Positions 35,563 through 47,200 of a DNA stretch of 64,000 bases are shown here, one piece after another; position 1 is the stretch's first letter; each line of letters opens with the position of its first letter. Position numbers and translations under genes: made by a program. The notes beneath the pieces were generated by a model. That model saw nothing but the letters and a program-made list of their open reading frames with translations. It ran no database searches and was not told the origin of the DNA. Source of the DNA: Cyanophora paradoxa CCMP329 (taxonomy: Eukaryota > Plantae > Glaucophyta); assembly GCA_004431415.1 (NCBI GenBank), contig QPMI01000210.1, positions 1 to 64,000 of the forward strand, in the 5' to 3' direction.

Positions 35563-36456
35563 ATGCCAGCGTCGAAACTGAAGACGATCCCAGCGCCTGC
35601 GTACGACCGGGTCTGGACAGGTGCGACTCGAGCTCTAGATCTAGATCTCTGCCTAGGCCTCGTCCGCACGAGCACCCGGTGACCGCAGCTCTGACACAAC
35701 GAGGTTGGTAGAGGAGCGCTCGACGTCGTGCCGAATGAAGGTCAGCGTCTGGCAGCCGCGCTGCCCGCCGGGTTCGAACGTACGCCCACGCGCGCGTACA
35801 CTGGCTCCCACGCCGCCCCGGCCCGAAGACTGACGTCCGCCTGCAGTACCGCTGGCTGGGGCACATCGCGGTGGCGGACAACGAGGAGCACTCGGCGGCG
35901 CCGCCCAGGGCGGTGCTGGTGGAGGACGAAGGGGACGGGACCCTCGCCCTGCCCCTCGGCTTCGACCTCGTCTGGACGAGCAAGGGCTCCCGCGCGGAGG
36001 AGGCGGTGCGCTTCACCGAGAACTGAGAGGATCGGGGAGAAAGCCTCGCTGACTCGCAGCCAGAGCGTGTGGGCGCCGCGGGCGCCCAAGGGCTACGCGT
36101 CGCTGGGCCACGTGCTGGTGCGGGGCTTCGACCCGCCCTCGCTCGCCCTCGGCGTCCGCTGCGTCGCCCTGGGCGCCCTCCAGTCCGGCAACTTCACCGA
36201 GATGCTCTGGAAGGACAGCGGCTCGGGGGCCAGCCTCGACGTCTCTTTCTGGGGGGTCACCGGCCCCCACGGGCCCAACGGGGCCCCATTCAGCGGCCCC
36301 GACCCCCAAACCTTCATCGCCGTCGGTGCGCCCCTAACTCCTCCCCCCCCTCGCCCCCCCCCCTCCCCCCCCTCCCCCCCCCCCCCCCCTTGAGCCGGCG
36401 CTGCAGGGAACTACAATCAGCCTGCGCCGTCGCTCGCGCTGGCGCTGGCGTGCTAG
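35563..36456 (+). CDS. Vps62-like / DUF946 repeat protein (multi-exon)
   Basis: YDRVWT, VSVWQPRCPPG|YRWLGHIAV, PLGFDLVWTS, SVWAPRAPKGYASLGHV, LWKDSGSGASLDVSFW. Confidence 0.8.
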
Positions 36457-36493
36457 GGCGCCGGGCGCCGCATTCAGACAGAGGGCGCTACTT

Positions 36494-38904
36494 CTATCCG
36501 CCCTCGCCATCGCCTTCGCCCTCGCCCTCGTCCTCCTCGTCGTCGTCGCCGGGGCCGGGGAGCACGAACGCCATGCGGCGGGCGAGGGCCGTCCCCACGA
36601 GCGCACCGTACTCCCCGAGCCGCCGCTCCAGCGCGGCCGCCGCCGCAGCCCCCAGCCGCCGCCGCAGCGCCCCGAAGGGCACCAGCGTGCGCGCGACGAG
36701 CACAGGGACCGCCGCCACGTCCAGCGCCGGCGGGGCGGGGCCGGCCCGAAGCGGGGCGAAGCGCGAGTACTTGGCCGCGTCGAGGCGCGGGGCGCACTCC
36801 CCGAGGGGGTGCCACGTGCACTCCTCCGGGCACAGCAGCTCCGACGGCTCGTACTGCGCGGGCGCCGCCTCAGCGGGGCGGCGTGGCGAGCCGGCGGGCC
36901 CCTCGCTCGCCCCGCACCTGCCCCTTGTACCGCATCTTCGGGCACGAGTGGATGTAGTAGCCTGCCGAGCGCGGTCGCCGTCGTTGGGCGGAGCTGGCGG
37001 GCGGGGCGGGGCGGGGCGGGGGGGACCGAGGTAGTAGTAGGCGAGGGGGGCGCAGGCGGGGTGGCCCACGCGCTGCACCCACTCGATCTCCCGCAGGGCG
37101 CCCCACGTCCCCAGGTCCAGGCCCTGCCGCCCCCCGCTCGCCGCCCCGGACAAGGCCGCGGGGCGGGGCGGGGGCGCGCCCTGAGGTCGGGGTCGTAGTA
37201 GAAGTAGACGGAGGAGAGGCAGCGGGGCAGCACGTCCACCACCCCCACCGCCACCAGCCGCCCCTCTGCGGCCCCTGCGCTGGGCGAGCGCAGCAGGGAG
37301 GGAAGGGCGCGCAAGCGGGCGAACCGACGCGGTACTCCTGGTGGAAGGACCCGAAGCCGAGGGGCGGCCGGGGCCGCAGCGGGTCCGCGCCGCGGGCCCC
37401 GGCCCGCTCCCGCTGCGGGCCGAGTGAGGGCCGAGCGGGGCGGGGCGGGGCGGGGCGGGGCGGGGCGGGGCGGGGCGGGCGGGGCGGGGCGGGGCGCGCG
37501 ATGAGGGGCGAGGAGACGAGGAAGCGTGTGAAGCCCTCGCGCGTGAGGCTCTCGGGCTTGTCCCCGTGCACCGCCACCTGCCCCGCGCGCCGGCCGTCAG
37601 CGCGGGCCGGCTGCGGGGGGCGCGAGAGGGCGGGGCCGGGGCCGACCTGGTACTTCTTGTACAGCTCGAAGGTCTCGTCCGTCGCCGCCGGCTCCACCAT
37701 CGCCACCTGCCCGCCCGCCTTCAGCAGGAGCCCGCGAGCCGCGCCGCCCGCCGCCCCGCTCGCCTCGAGCTTGCGCGGCGTCGGGGGCACCCGCGACGGC
37801 CCCGCCGCTTGTGCTGCCGCCGACTCGGCCGCCGCTCGCTCCGCCTCGCGCTCCTCCTCCTCCTCCGCCTCCTCCGCCTCGGCGGCCGCCGCGAGCTCTT
37901 TGCCGGCCGCCGAGAGGCTCAGGTTGACGAAGCCCGGCGGGGCGGCGACCGCCGCCGCCACCGCCGCTATGGGGCGCCCCGCCGCCGCGGCGCAGAGCTG
38001 CGCCGCCACCAGCGTTGCGATCTCCATGGCGTCGCTCCCCGGCGGCCCCGCCCCCTTCTGTTTCTTCTTCTGCTTCTCCTCGGGCGCCGCGGGGGCGGGG
38101 GCCGGCGGCTGGAGGGCGCGCCTCAGGCGGCTGGAGAGGGCGAGGGCGGCGTTGCAGGCGGCCTCGCCGTGCTCCGCCTTGCGCGTCCGCGTGATGCCGA
38201 ACTCCACGGCGCGCCACGCCTCGGGGCCGGCCGCCGCCGCCGCTTCGGGGTGCGCCGCCGCCCACGCCCGTTGCGCCGCCTCCAGCGCCGCACGCACCTC
38301 TCCACGCAGCGCCTCCAGCAGCGCCGCCGGCAGCGCCCGGGCGCTCCGGCTCGCCGCGGAGGAGGCGGCCGAGTGCGCCGCGCTCGGCCGCCGCTCGCGA
38401 CCGGTGGCGGGGCCCGCGGGCCCATCCGCCTCGTCGCGGGCATCGGCCGGCCTCGGGGTCCACTCGCCGGCGAGGTACTGCTCCATGCGGCGGAGGACGC
38501 GCCGGTGCTTCTTCGAGGGCCTGAAGGCCTCCGCCTCCAGCCGGATCGTGTACTGCGGGCAGCAGATGGTCCGCATGTGCGGCTTGTACACATACAGGCC
38601 CGAGCGCCGCCAGCCCCTGCCGCGGCGCGCGGCTCCCCCCGTCAGCGAGTGCAGCTAACGAGCCGCCGAAAGCGGGCGCCGTGCGGCGCTGGCGCTGGCG
38701 CACCGGTCGATGAGCGCTTGGTAGTCATCGCACGTCAGCATGTGGGCCCACATGCCTGCGTGCGCGTCGCACGGTCTCGAATGACCGACACACGTCGCGA
38801 CGCGGCGCACCGTGCGTGAGACGTCCTTCTTCTTTCGTGTGGCAGTAGCCGCACGTACTGGACGACGGCCCGAGGTCCTGGATGATGGACATCGGCGTCG
38901 ACAT
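36494..38904 (-). CDS. ATE1: Arginyl-tRNA--protein transferase with an internal ArgRS-N-like domain (multi-exon)
   Basis: [103 protein letters not shown]. Confidence 0.96.
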
Positions 38905-39059
38905 CGTGGATACGCGGTCAAACTTTTCCAGGGGGAGTATCCACAAGGCGCTAGCCCTCACCCCCAGAAGTTGCTCTACCCCCTCTGCACGAGTTGCCGG
39001 GCTTGCAGTTCCGCCGGCGGCTGGCTTGCAGGAGGAATCTCTAGATAGAATCGTAGCAA

Positions 39060-41672
39060 ATGACCGAGGACGCTTCCGGGTGGCAGGTGGCGGGCGGGAA
39101 GAAGCCAGCAAAGGTGAAGAAGCAGCCGGAGCAGAAGGGCGCCAAGAATGCGAATAGTGTGTTCTCTTGTACCGTTTGCGAGGCCGTTCGCGGGCTGCGC
39201 CATGGTCTGGCGTCGCGGTCTGGTTTTGCGCTCCTGACGAACGCATCGCGTGCAGATTTCGCCGCGATCCACAGCGGCAACTTCAAGAGCGCTCTGTGGG
39301 ACGACGGTCCGACGCCAGCACCCCCGCGCGGCAGCGATGGCCCGACGGATGGGAGCGACGACGAGGACGGACCGGAGCCCTTCCGCGCGTCGAGCACCAT
39401 GTTCCAGCAGTTCGCCGATCTAGAAGAGGCCAAGCGCCAAAAGAAGGAGCGCCTGGAGAAGGAAGGTCCGCTCCCGCGCTCGGCTTCTTCCCGTCGCGCG
39501 TCTCTCTTTCGCGCGGGGACCTCCCATTCCGCCTCTCAGCGCTCCTCTCTTCGCGCAGCTGGACCGTCGGGATCGTCGGGAACGGCTAACGGCAAAGCGC
39601 CGCCGAAGAAGAAGAAGGAGCAACCGAAGGCGCCCAAGCAGAAGAAGCGCAGCGTGAAGGAGGCCGCCGTGGATGTCAGTTTCTCAAGCCCTCCTTCTCG
39701 CTCGCGGGAACGCCGCTGTCCGGTGGCCTGACGCCCCCCTTGCGGCGCAGCTGAACACGGACCAGCTGCAGGCGTACCTGGTCGAGGTGGACGACAAGTA
39801 CAAGGAGAACGCGGAGGTGTCCACGGTGTGCTTAGCGGAGTACCTTGAGAAGGCCTTCCGGGACGCCAGCCTCAACTGGGAGAAGGCCCTCGAGCGCGAG
39901 TTCCCCGCCCGCATAGGTCCGCCCCGCCGGCCCCGCGCCGCATCGCCGGCCGCCGGCGCGGGGCGCGACGTGCGGGGCGGCAGAGGCGCCGGTGAGCGAC
40001 GTGCCGGATGCAAAGGCGGCGGTGATCGTCAAGTGGCTCAAGGGGAAGCCGGGCAAGGCGGTGGAGAGCCTCCTCAACTTCCTCTTCGCCCAGATGTTCA
40101 CCGTCGTCATGGAGCCCGGTGCGCCCCTCGCGCACAGCTCCGCCCCGCACCCCCCCGCACCGCCGCCTCACGCCTGCGCAGAGAAGCGGCCCGGCAACGC
40201 CCCCGTGGGCTACGGCGTGGGGGTCAAGATCCTCATCCAGCTGGCGATCCAGGCGCACCCGGGGACGCTGCCGGAGGCGCTGAACAAGCTCTTCCCGGTG
40301 TGCACGCGGAAGCAGCGGCTGGCGGCGCAGGCCCTCCCCTCCATCCTCTGGGTCGTGGGCCAGGCCATCCGCGCCTCCCCCGCCATCGCCCTCCAGCGTG
40401 CGCCCCCCGCGCCTGTGCGCCGGGGCGGGGCGCGGCCGACGGGGCGGCGCAGTGTGGGGCGACCTGCTGCTGCCCATGCTGGCCGACGCGACGCTGCCGA
40501 CGACCGTGCGGGACTCCGTCCTCGCCTTCGCCGAGGCCATCGCCACCAAGGAGACGTCCGCCCGCCCCGCCCCGCCCCGCCCCGCCCCGCCCCGCCCCGC
40601 CTCACCGCCCCGCAGCCTCGCCGCGCTTCGCACGGACCTGAAGAACAGCAAGAACGAGGCGCCGCTGCCCGTCCCCGCCCTCGATCGCCTCCTCACCTAC
40701 ACCTTTGCCCCGCCCGTCAAGTGCGCCCCATCCCGCCGGCCCGCTCGCCGCCCCCGGCGCCTGCCTGAGGGCCGGCCGCCAGCGGCGTGCCCGTGGCGGC
40801 GGTGAAGGAGAAGCTGCAGACCGTGTACCCCGCCCTGCGCGTGCGCCAGCCCGCGCGCCCCGCCGGCAGCGCGGGGCGGGGCGCTGAGGGGAGGGGGCGG
40901 GGCGGGCAGGAGGCGCTCTTCTTCGGGCAGACGGGGGTGCCGCCGAAGATCTACTTCCCGCAGCTGCTGCGGCTCGCCGACTCGAAGGAACCGGCCATCT
41001 GCGAGGAGGCCACCGCCCTCCTCGCCCAGTACGTTGTCCGCAACCGCAAGTCCTGGCACGTCTGGCAGGTGCCCCGCCCCCCGCCCCCCCGCCCCCGCCC
41101 CCGCCCCGCCCGGGGCCGAACGCGGCGGGGGCGGGGCGCAGGACGTGTACGCGACGCAGCTGGCCTCGTCGTGCGTGCTGCTGCAGCACCTGGTGCAGCG
41201 CTGGGCCGAGTACGCGGAGAAGATCCCCGACGCCGCCTTCCTCGAGCTCGTCCGCTCCTTCGCCAAGACCAGCGCCGAGATCGCCTCGGGCGCCTACAAG
41301 CCGCCGAAGGGCAAGGCGGCCCTCCCCAAGGGCGCCAAGCAGGCGTACAGCAAGGAGAGCGCGGAGGCGTGCGCCGAGGTCTGCCGCGCGATGGAGAAGA
41401 AGCTCGTCAAGTCGAACGTGCTGGAGAACATCGTGTGGCAGGTCCTCCTCCCCTTCCTACTCTTCGTGCCGGCCATCTGCGTGGTCGTCTACGTGCACAA
41501 CCCGGGCCTCTTCGAGCCCGTGATGGCCGTCCTGCGGCCCCACCTGCTCGCCCTCCTGCCCCCGGGGGCCATCCCCCACATCCCCTCCCAGGCCGAGGCC
41601 GAGCACCTCGCCGCGGCTGCCGCCGCCGCCGAGGCCGCCCGCGCCGCCGCCGCCGCCGCCCGAGCCCAGTAG
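39060..41672 (+). CDS. TMEM214: TMEM214-like (DUF2359) membrane protein (multi-exon)
   Basis: N-terminal GWQVAGGKK, ILWVVGQA, LWGDLLLPML, KLQTVYPAL, WQDVYATQLASSCVLLQHL and a C-terminal TM helix. Confidence 0.75.
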
Positions 41673-42345
41673 AGGCCCCGCCCCGCCCCGTCGCCCCCGC
41701 CGCCCCGCCGGCCCGCCCCGCCCCAGAAGCAACCTGGGGCGCGGTGGCCCCCGCCCCCTCCCCGCCCGCCCCCGCCGCCCGCGCGGCCACATCCCTTTCC
41801 CTCATCCAACATGACATCGCCCCCGCTTCGATGGCTGGCTCGCTGCCGACGCCTGGGCTTGACATAACAGCCGCCACGCAAGCTCAGCGCTAGCGACTGT
41901 CCAGAGATCTAGAGCCGTCGCGATCAGCATGTACAGAACATGCACGAGCTCGAGTTCAGCTGTACATGTCACGGTACGGTAAGGATCTCGTCGACGTCGG
42001 GACTAGCTAGCGCTTCAGGAGGAGAAGGAGAGCTTTAATTTAGAAGCGCAGTCGTCGGACGCTCGGCGTCGGCGCGCGCGGCGCATCAATTGCAAGCATT
42101 GCCAAGCAAGCTGAGGGGGGTACGTCTCTTCGGCATCAGGCCGCTATCGGACATTATAATTACGACGCTGTGATATACGTACAGTCTCTCCGGGCGTGGC
42201 ATTGTCAGATGGCTCGGTGAGCACTCTCAGGCGTGCCCTCAGGCGAGCGGCTACCGGTTCGTGCGGTCATCCGCGCGCCCGTAATCAGCGCGTGTTCCCT
42301 GCTGACATCCATGACGCCGGCGCGTTGCCTCGCATCGGCTAGCAG

Positions 42346-44218
42346 ATGACACGCGATCAAGCCCCCGCCCGCGCGGTGCTGGTGTGCGCGCCGGGCTTCG
42401 AGGAAGATGGTCGGGCACTGCGGGAGGCGCTGCGCGACCCCGGGTGCTGCGGCTATGCCGAACAAGACGTAAATCTCCTCACGGACGACATCGCGACGTC
42501 CGTACGTCTCCCCCGTAGCTCCTGCTGCGGCTCGCGAGCTTCAGACTGATTTCCATACGGATGCTCGCTCAGGGCGGCCTGCTCTCTGTCCTCGCCGAGA
42601 TCGCTTCGGCAATGCAGGCACCGGACGCGGGCGCCCCCGCCGACTCGTCTGGGCCCCAGCAGCCGGGCTCGTTCCTCTTCTACTTCGCGGGCCCCAGCAC
42701 GCCGCAGCCCGAGCCCAGCCTCAGCCTGAGCGGAGGCGCGCGTCTGACCTGCAGAGATCTCCTGTCGGCTCTCGGAGGAATCAGGAAGAGCGTACGTGCA
42801 TGCGCAGCGCCCTGGGCTCCGCTTCGGTTTGATCCGCGCGTGCGCAGACGAACCGCTTCCTCCTCATCCTCGACACCTGGTGCGCGTCTCTTGAGCTCCC
42901 ATCATGGCATCGCCCAAAAGCTGACTACAAAAACCGTGCAGCTTTTCAGGCGCCGTCGGGGCGCCGCCGGGATTCAAGGCGAAGGGCCCGAGCCCGGCCT
43001 GCTGCAGCCCCGTCGACGCTTTTGGAGACCTGTTCGCCAGCGACCCCGCCGCTCGCGGCGCGGGGCACACTTCGGTGCGCCCCGAAGCCTCCTAAATAGC
43101 CGCTCTTCTCTGACGGGGGCGCTGCAGTGGCTCTCCGTGCGGCCGAATCGGGGCTCCAGCGGCGGCCCAGGAATCTTCGCAAAGCACCTGGCCGCCGGCC
43201 TCCGCGGTGGGATGAAATGCGCTGACCCGCCGGCGGCCGGCGGCTGCAGGACGTGCGCGGACCTGCGATACGTCTCCCAGGTGGGCGTGCCACCTTTCCG
43301 CGTGCGTCCTCCGAGCTGATCTGCCCCAGACGGACGGCCTCGTGCGCATCTCGGCGCTCTTCCGGCACATCCAGTCGCACGTGAGGGCGGAGTCGTCTCG
43401 CTCCGGTCGACCGCAGCAGCTGCTTCAGTTCCAGCACGCCGTCGACGAGGACCTTCCCCTCGCTTTCCTCCCCGGCTGGGCGCCGGTCCACGCGGCCCCG
43501 CCGCCCTCACCCGCCGTCGTCGTGTACCCCGCCCTTCCGCCCCACGCCCTCCACCAGCACATCGTTCCGGTGGGGGCGGGTTTCGGCGGAACCTCCTATG
43601 GCTACCACCCCCACGGGCCTTCTACCCACTACCCGCTCCCCCCTCCGCCTCCCGCTACCCCACGACCGGTCACGGTGTCTCTGACTGCACCAAGCGCCGA
43701 CAATCCCTCCGCCGGCGAAGCGAGCCTGCCGGCCGACGCAACGGCAACGGCGGCGGCGGTAGCAGCGAGCAAGCCGGCGGGCGCGGAAGCAGCGGCGAGC
43801 AAGGCGGCGGGCGGGGCAGTGGAACCGGAGGCGAGCAAGCAGGCGGGCGCGACGGCGGCGGCGGCGGTGGCGAGCAAGCCGACTGGCGCGGAAGCAGCGG
43901 CGAGCAAGCCAGCAGGCGCAACGACGGCGGCGGCCGCTGGCGAGCCGACTGGTGCGGGGTTGGCGGCGGCTGTGGCGGCGGCGAGCAAGCCGGCGGGTGC
44001 GACGACGGCGGCGGCCGCTGGCAAGCCGACTGGTGCGGGGTTGGCGGCGGCTGTGGCGGCGGCGGGCAAAGCGGTGGGCGCGGCAGTGGACCCGGAGGCG
44101 AGCAAGCCGGCGGGCGTGACGGCGGCAGCGGCGGCGGCGGCGGCGGCGGCAATCAAGCCGGCGGGCGTGGCAGTGGATCCGGAGCCGAGCAAGCCGGCGG
44201 GCGCAACGGGGGCGGCGG

Positions 44219-44259
<41 letters not shown>

Positions 44260-47200
44260 GCAGTCCGATCGGTGCGGGGGTGGCGGCAGCGGTGGCGACG
44301 AGCAAGCCGACTGGCGCGGCGGTAGCGGCGGTGGCGAGCAAGTCGGCCGGCGCGACGAAAGCGGCGGCGGCAGGCAAGCCGACCGGTGCAAGTGCGGCAA
44401 TGGCGGCGGCGGCGAGCAAGCCAGCTGGCTCGGAAGCAGCGGCGGGCAAGCCGGCAGGCACGGCGGCGGTGGTTGCGGCGGCAAGCAAGCCGACCGGTGA
44501 GAAGTCGATCGTGGCGGCGGCGAGCAAGCCGGCTAGCGAGGTAGCAGCGGGGGCGAGCAAGCCGGCGGGCGCGACAGTGGAGACGAGCAAGCCCACCAGC
44601 CGCACAATTAGAGTTGCTCAGGCGGTAAGGCCAGATTCTGATTGCCCTGCTGCAGCAAGCAGACCCAGACCCGCTCAATCTCGGGACGTCAGCTTGCGGG
44701 TGCGCAATAAACTAGAGCTCTTCAATTCAATCTGACCGACGTGCGCGATGCAGGCGACGATCTGCAGCTGGGACGTCCAGCACCTCGCCGAGTCCAGCGT
44801 GTACGAGTCGGGGCTTAATGTTGGGACGCCCCTGCCCAAGCGCTACGAGAGCGCTAGCGACTTCTACGACCGCCTCGCGCCGCTGGTGCTGGAGACGTGC
44901 CGCGCGCAGCTCATCCAGGCCATCTGCTCTGTCTCTCCAGCCTCGGCCGTCCCGTTCTCCTTCACGAGCCTTTCGGCCGACGAGAGCTACGCCCCGCTCA
45001 GCGCGGTTGGGGTCACGCTCCGGGCCTGCCCCGAGGACACTCTGGCGCTCGTGGGCAGCACGGTCTGGGTCTTCTGCCCGCAGCCCTTCGCTGGCGCCGA
45101 CCACTTCGCGGCGACTGGCGATGGCGGCGGCGCCCGTCGCCCCGCCTGCACGCTGGCGGTGCTCAATGGGAAACGCCGTGCGGAGGATGGCCCACGGGCG
45201 GACGAGCTCGACGAAGAGCCGTTTGACGCCGACCAGAGCTTCCACATTCTTCCCGGCGCGAACGCAGAGCTCACGGAGGCACGCGTGTGTTCTGCATCCT
45301 CTCTTATCAACCCGCTGATTGCACTTCGCAGGCGCTTGCCATGCTCCAGGCCTGCGCAGGCAACGCGCCCTGGTTCGCGACGCCCCTCGGGACGGTTATC
45401 ACTGAGGAGCGCATCCTTGCCGCTCTCGCGGCGCTCGGCCGCCGGGACTCGCCTGTCTCCCGCTGCCGCCTCCTCCTCCCGCTCCTCCAGTCGTCCCTGG
45501 ACGACGAAAGGCATATCACCGTGCCGAAAGACCTCGCGGGCACGGTCGGAGGCGCGGCGGCGCTTGCCAGCGTCGGCCAGCAGCTGGAATCGTCCCTGCG
45601 GGCGATCCTCGACCTCCTCAAACGAGCGGCGGGCCTCAACGTCTCGCAGGTGGCCGCCATCGAGGACGTTCTCTTCGGCTCGGACCCCGCCACCCTCATC
45701 CACGGGTAGCCTTCTCACTCCTTCTGCTAGTTGTTCTCACGTCTTCTGCTGATTGTCTGGCACAGGCCACCCGGCACGGGCAAGACGCAGACACTGGCAG
45801 TGTACCTTCTGACCGTCCTTGCAGCATCGCGGGCTTTTGGCATGCGCCCTTCTGCGATGGATTCAGCAAATTCGGCGGCGAATTCAGAGGAGGTGGGAGC
45901 GGCCCGGAAACCTCCGCGCATGCGCGTGCTGGTCACGGCCCCTACCAATGCGGCCGTGGTTAACGTTGCCAGAAAGCTTCTGAAAGTGAGCAAAGTGAGA
46001 AGCTTCTCTTCTTTGTCGGAACTGAGGTCTCGAAGGTGGGCGCCATTGTCGCGAGGGGGCTGCTTGCCTCCGAAGAAGGCAGAGCCTTCGCTTCGGCTGT
46101 GGCGCTGGATGAGTCGGCGCTCGCCATCGTTGGCGACGAGGGGCGGATGGTCGGCTTCGCTCACCGCACTGCGCCTTTCAATTGCAAACGTCTGCGCAGG
46201 AACTCAACGAGGCACTCTCGTCGATCTTTGTCCCGCATCGCGCCAGGCGCATTCTGCTCGCCGCGGCAGAGTGGAACGAAGTCTTCAGCGACGCGGCGAG
46301 GCGGACGGCGAGGGGCTTGGCGGCGCAGCCCCCGGGCTTCGAGCGCCACGTGGACCGCGGAAAGCTGGTCGAGCTTCTCGCCAAGCTTGTGAGCGACAAC
46401 GAAGCCCGCGTGGCGACGCTGGAAAGGGACATGCCCGCGGGAGTGGAGAAGGGCCAGAGCTGTGTTGCAGCCGCCCGCAGCGCGTTGGAGACCCTCGTGA
46501 CTCGAAAGGTGCGGCTTCCACTAGGAGTCAGTCGCGAGATTTATGCCAGCATGAGCAGACGGAGCTGGAAACTGGCGGCGCGGATCCTCTTTCAAACAAC
46601 GAATATGCGGTCGTGGCGAGAGCGCTGGAGGCGGCGGCGGGCGCCCTCAAAGGCCTCGAACGCATCGACCGGACCTCGCTAGAGCGCGCAATCGTGCGAG
46701 AGGCGTGCGTCGTCTTCTCGACGATCACGGGCGCGCAAGGTTTCTTCCTGCGCAACGACGACGGATTCTCCGTCGCGGTCGTTGATGAGGCGGCTCAGGT
46801 GCGCTGGTAACTTCCTGTTCGAGATGCATCTGATCTGGAGCGATTTACAGGCACCGGAGGCGTTGACATCGCTTGTCTTCCGGCGCTCGCTGCAGTCCCT
46901 TGTCCTGATCGGAGACCCGCGCCAGCTGCAGGCCACTATTTCGTCCAAGGTCTGCTCGCTCGCCGTTCTAGACCCCTCGAAATGACAAAGCTGCGAGTGC
47001 AGTCCGCCGAGGCCTGCGGCTACGGACGCTCCCTGTTTGAGCGCCTCGAGGAGTGTGGCGTGGGCACGTGGCTCCTGGACACGCAGTACCGGTGAGCTGC
47101 TTCTGTGAACAGCCGCAAACATTCTGGTTTGACTTGCTAGGCTGACACGTGCCTGCAGAATGCATGAGGAGATTGCGCTGTTCCCTAACTTTCATTTTTA

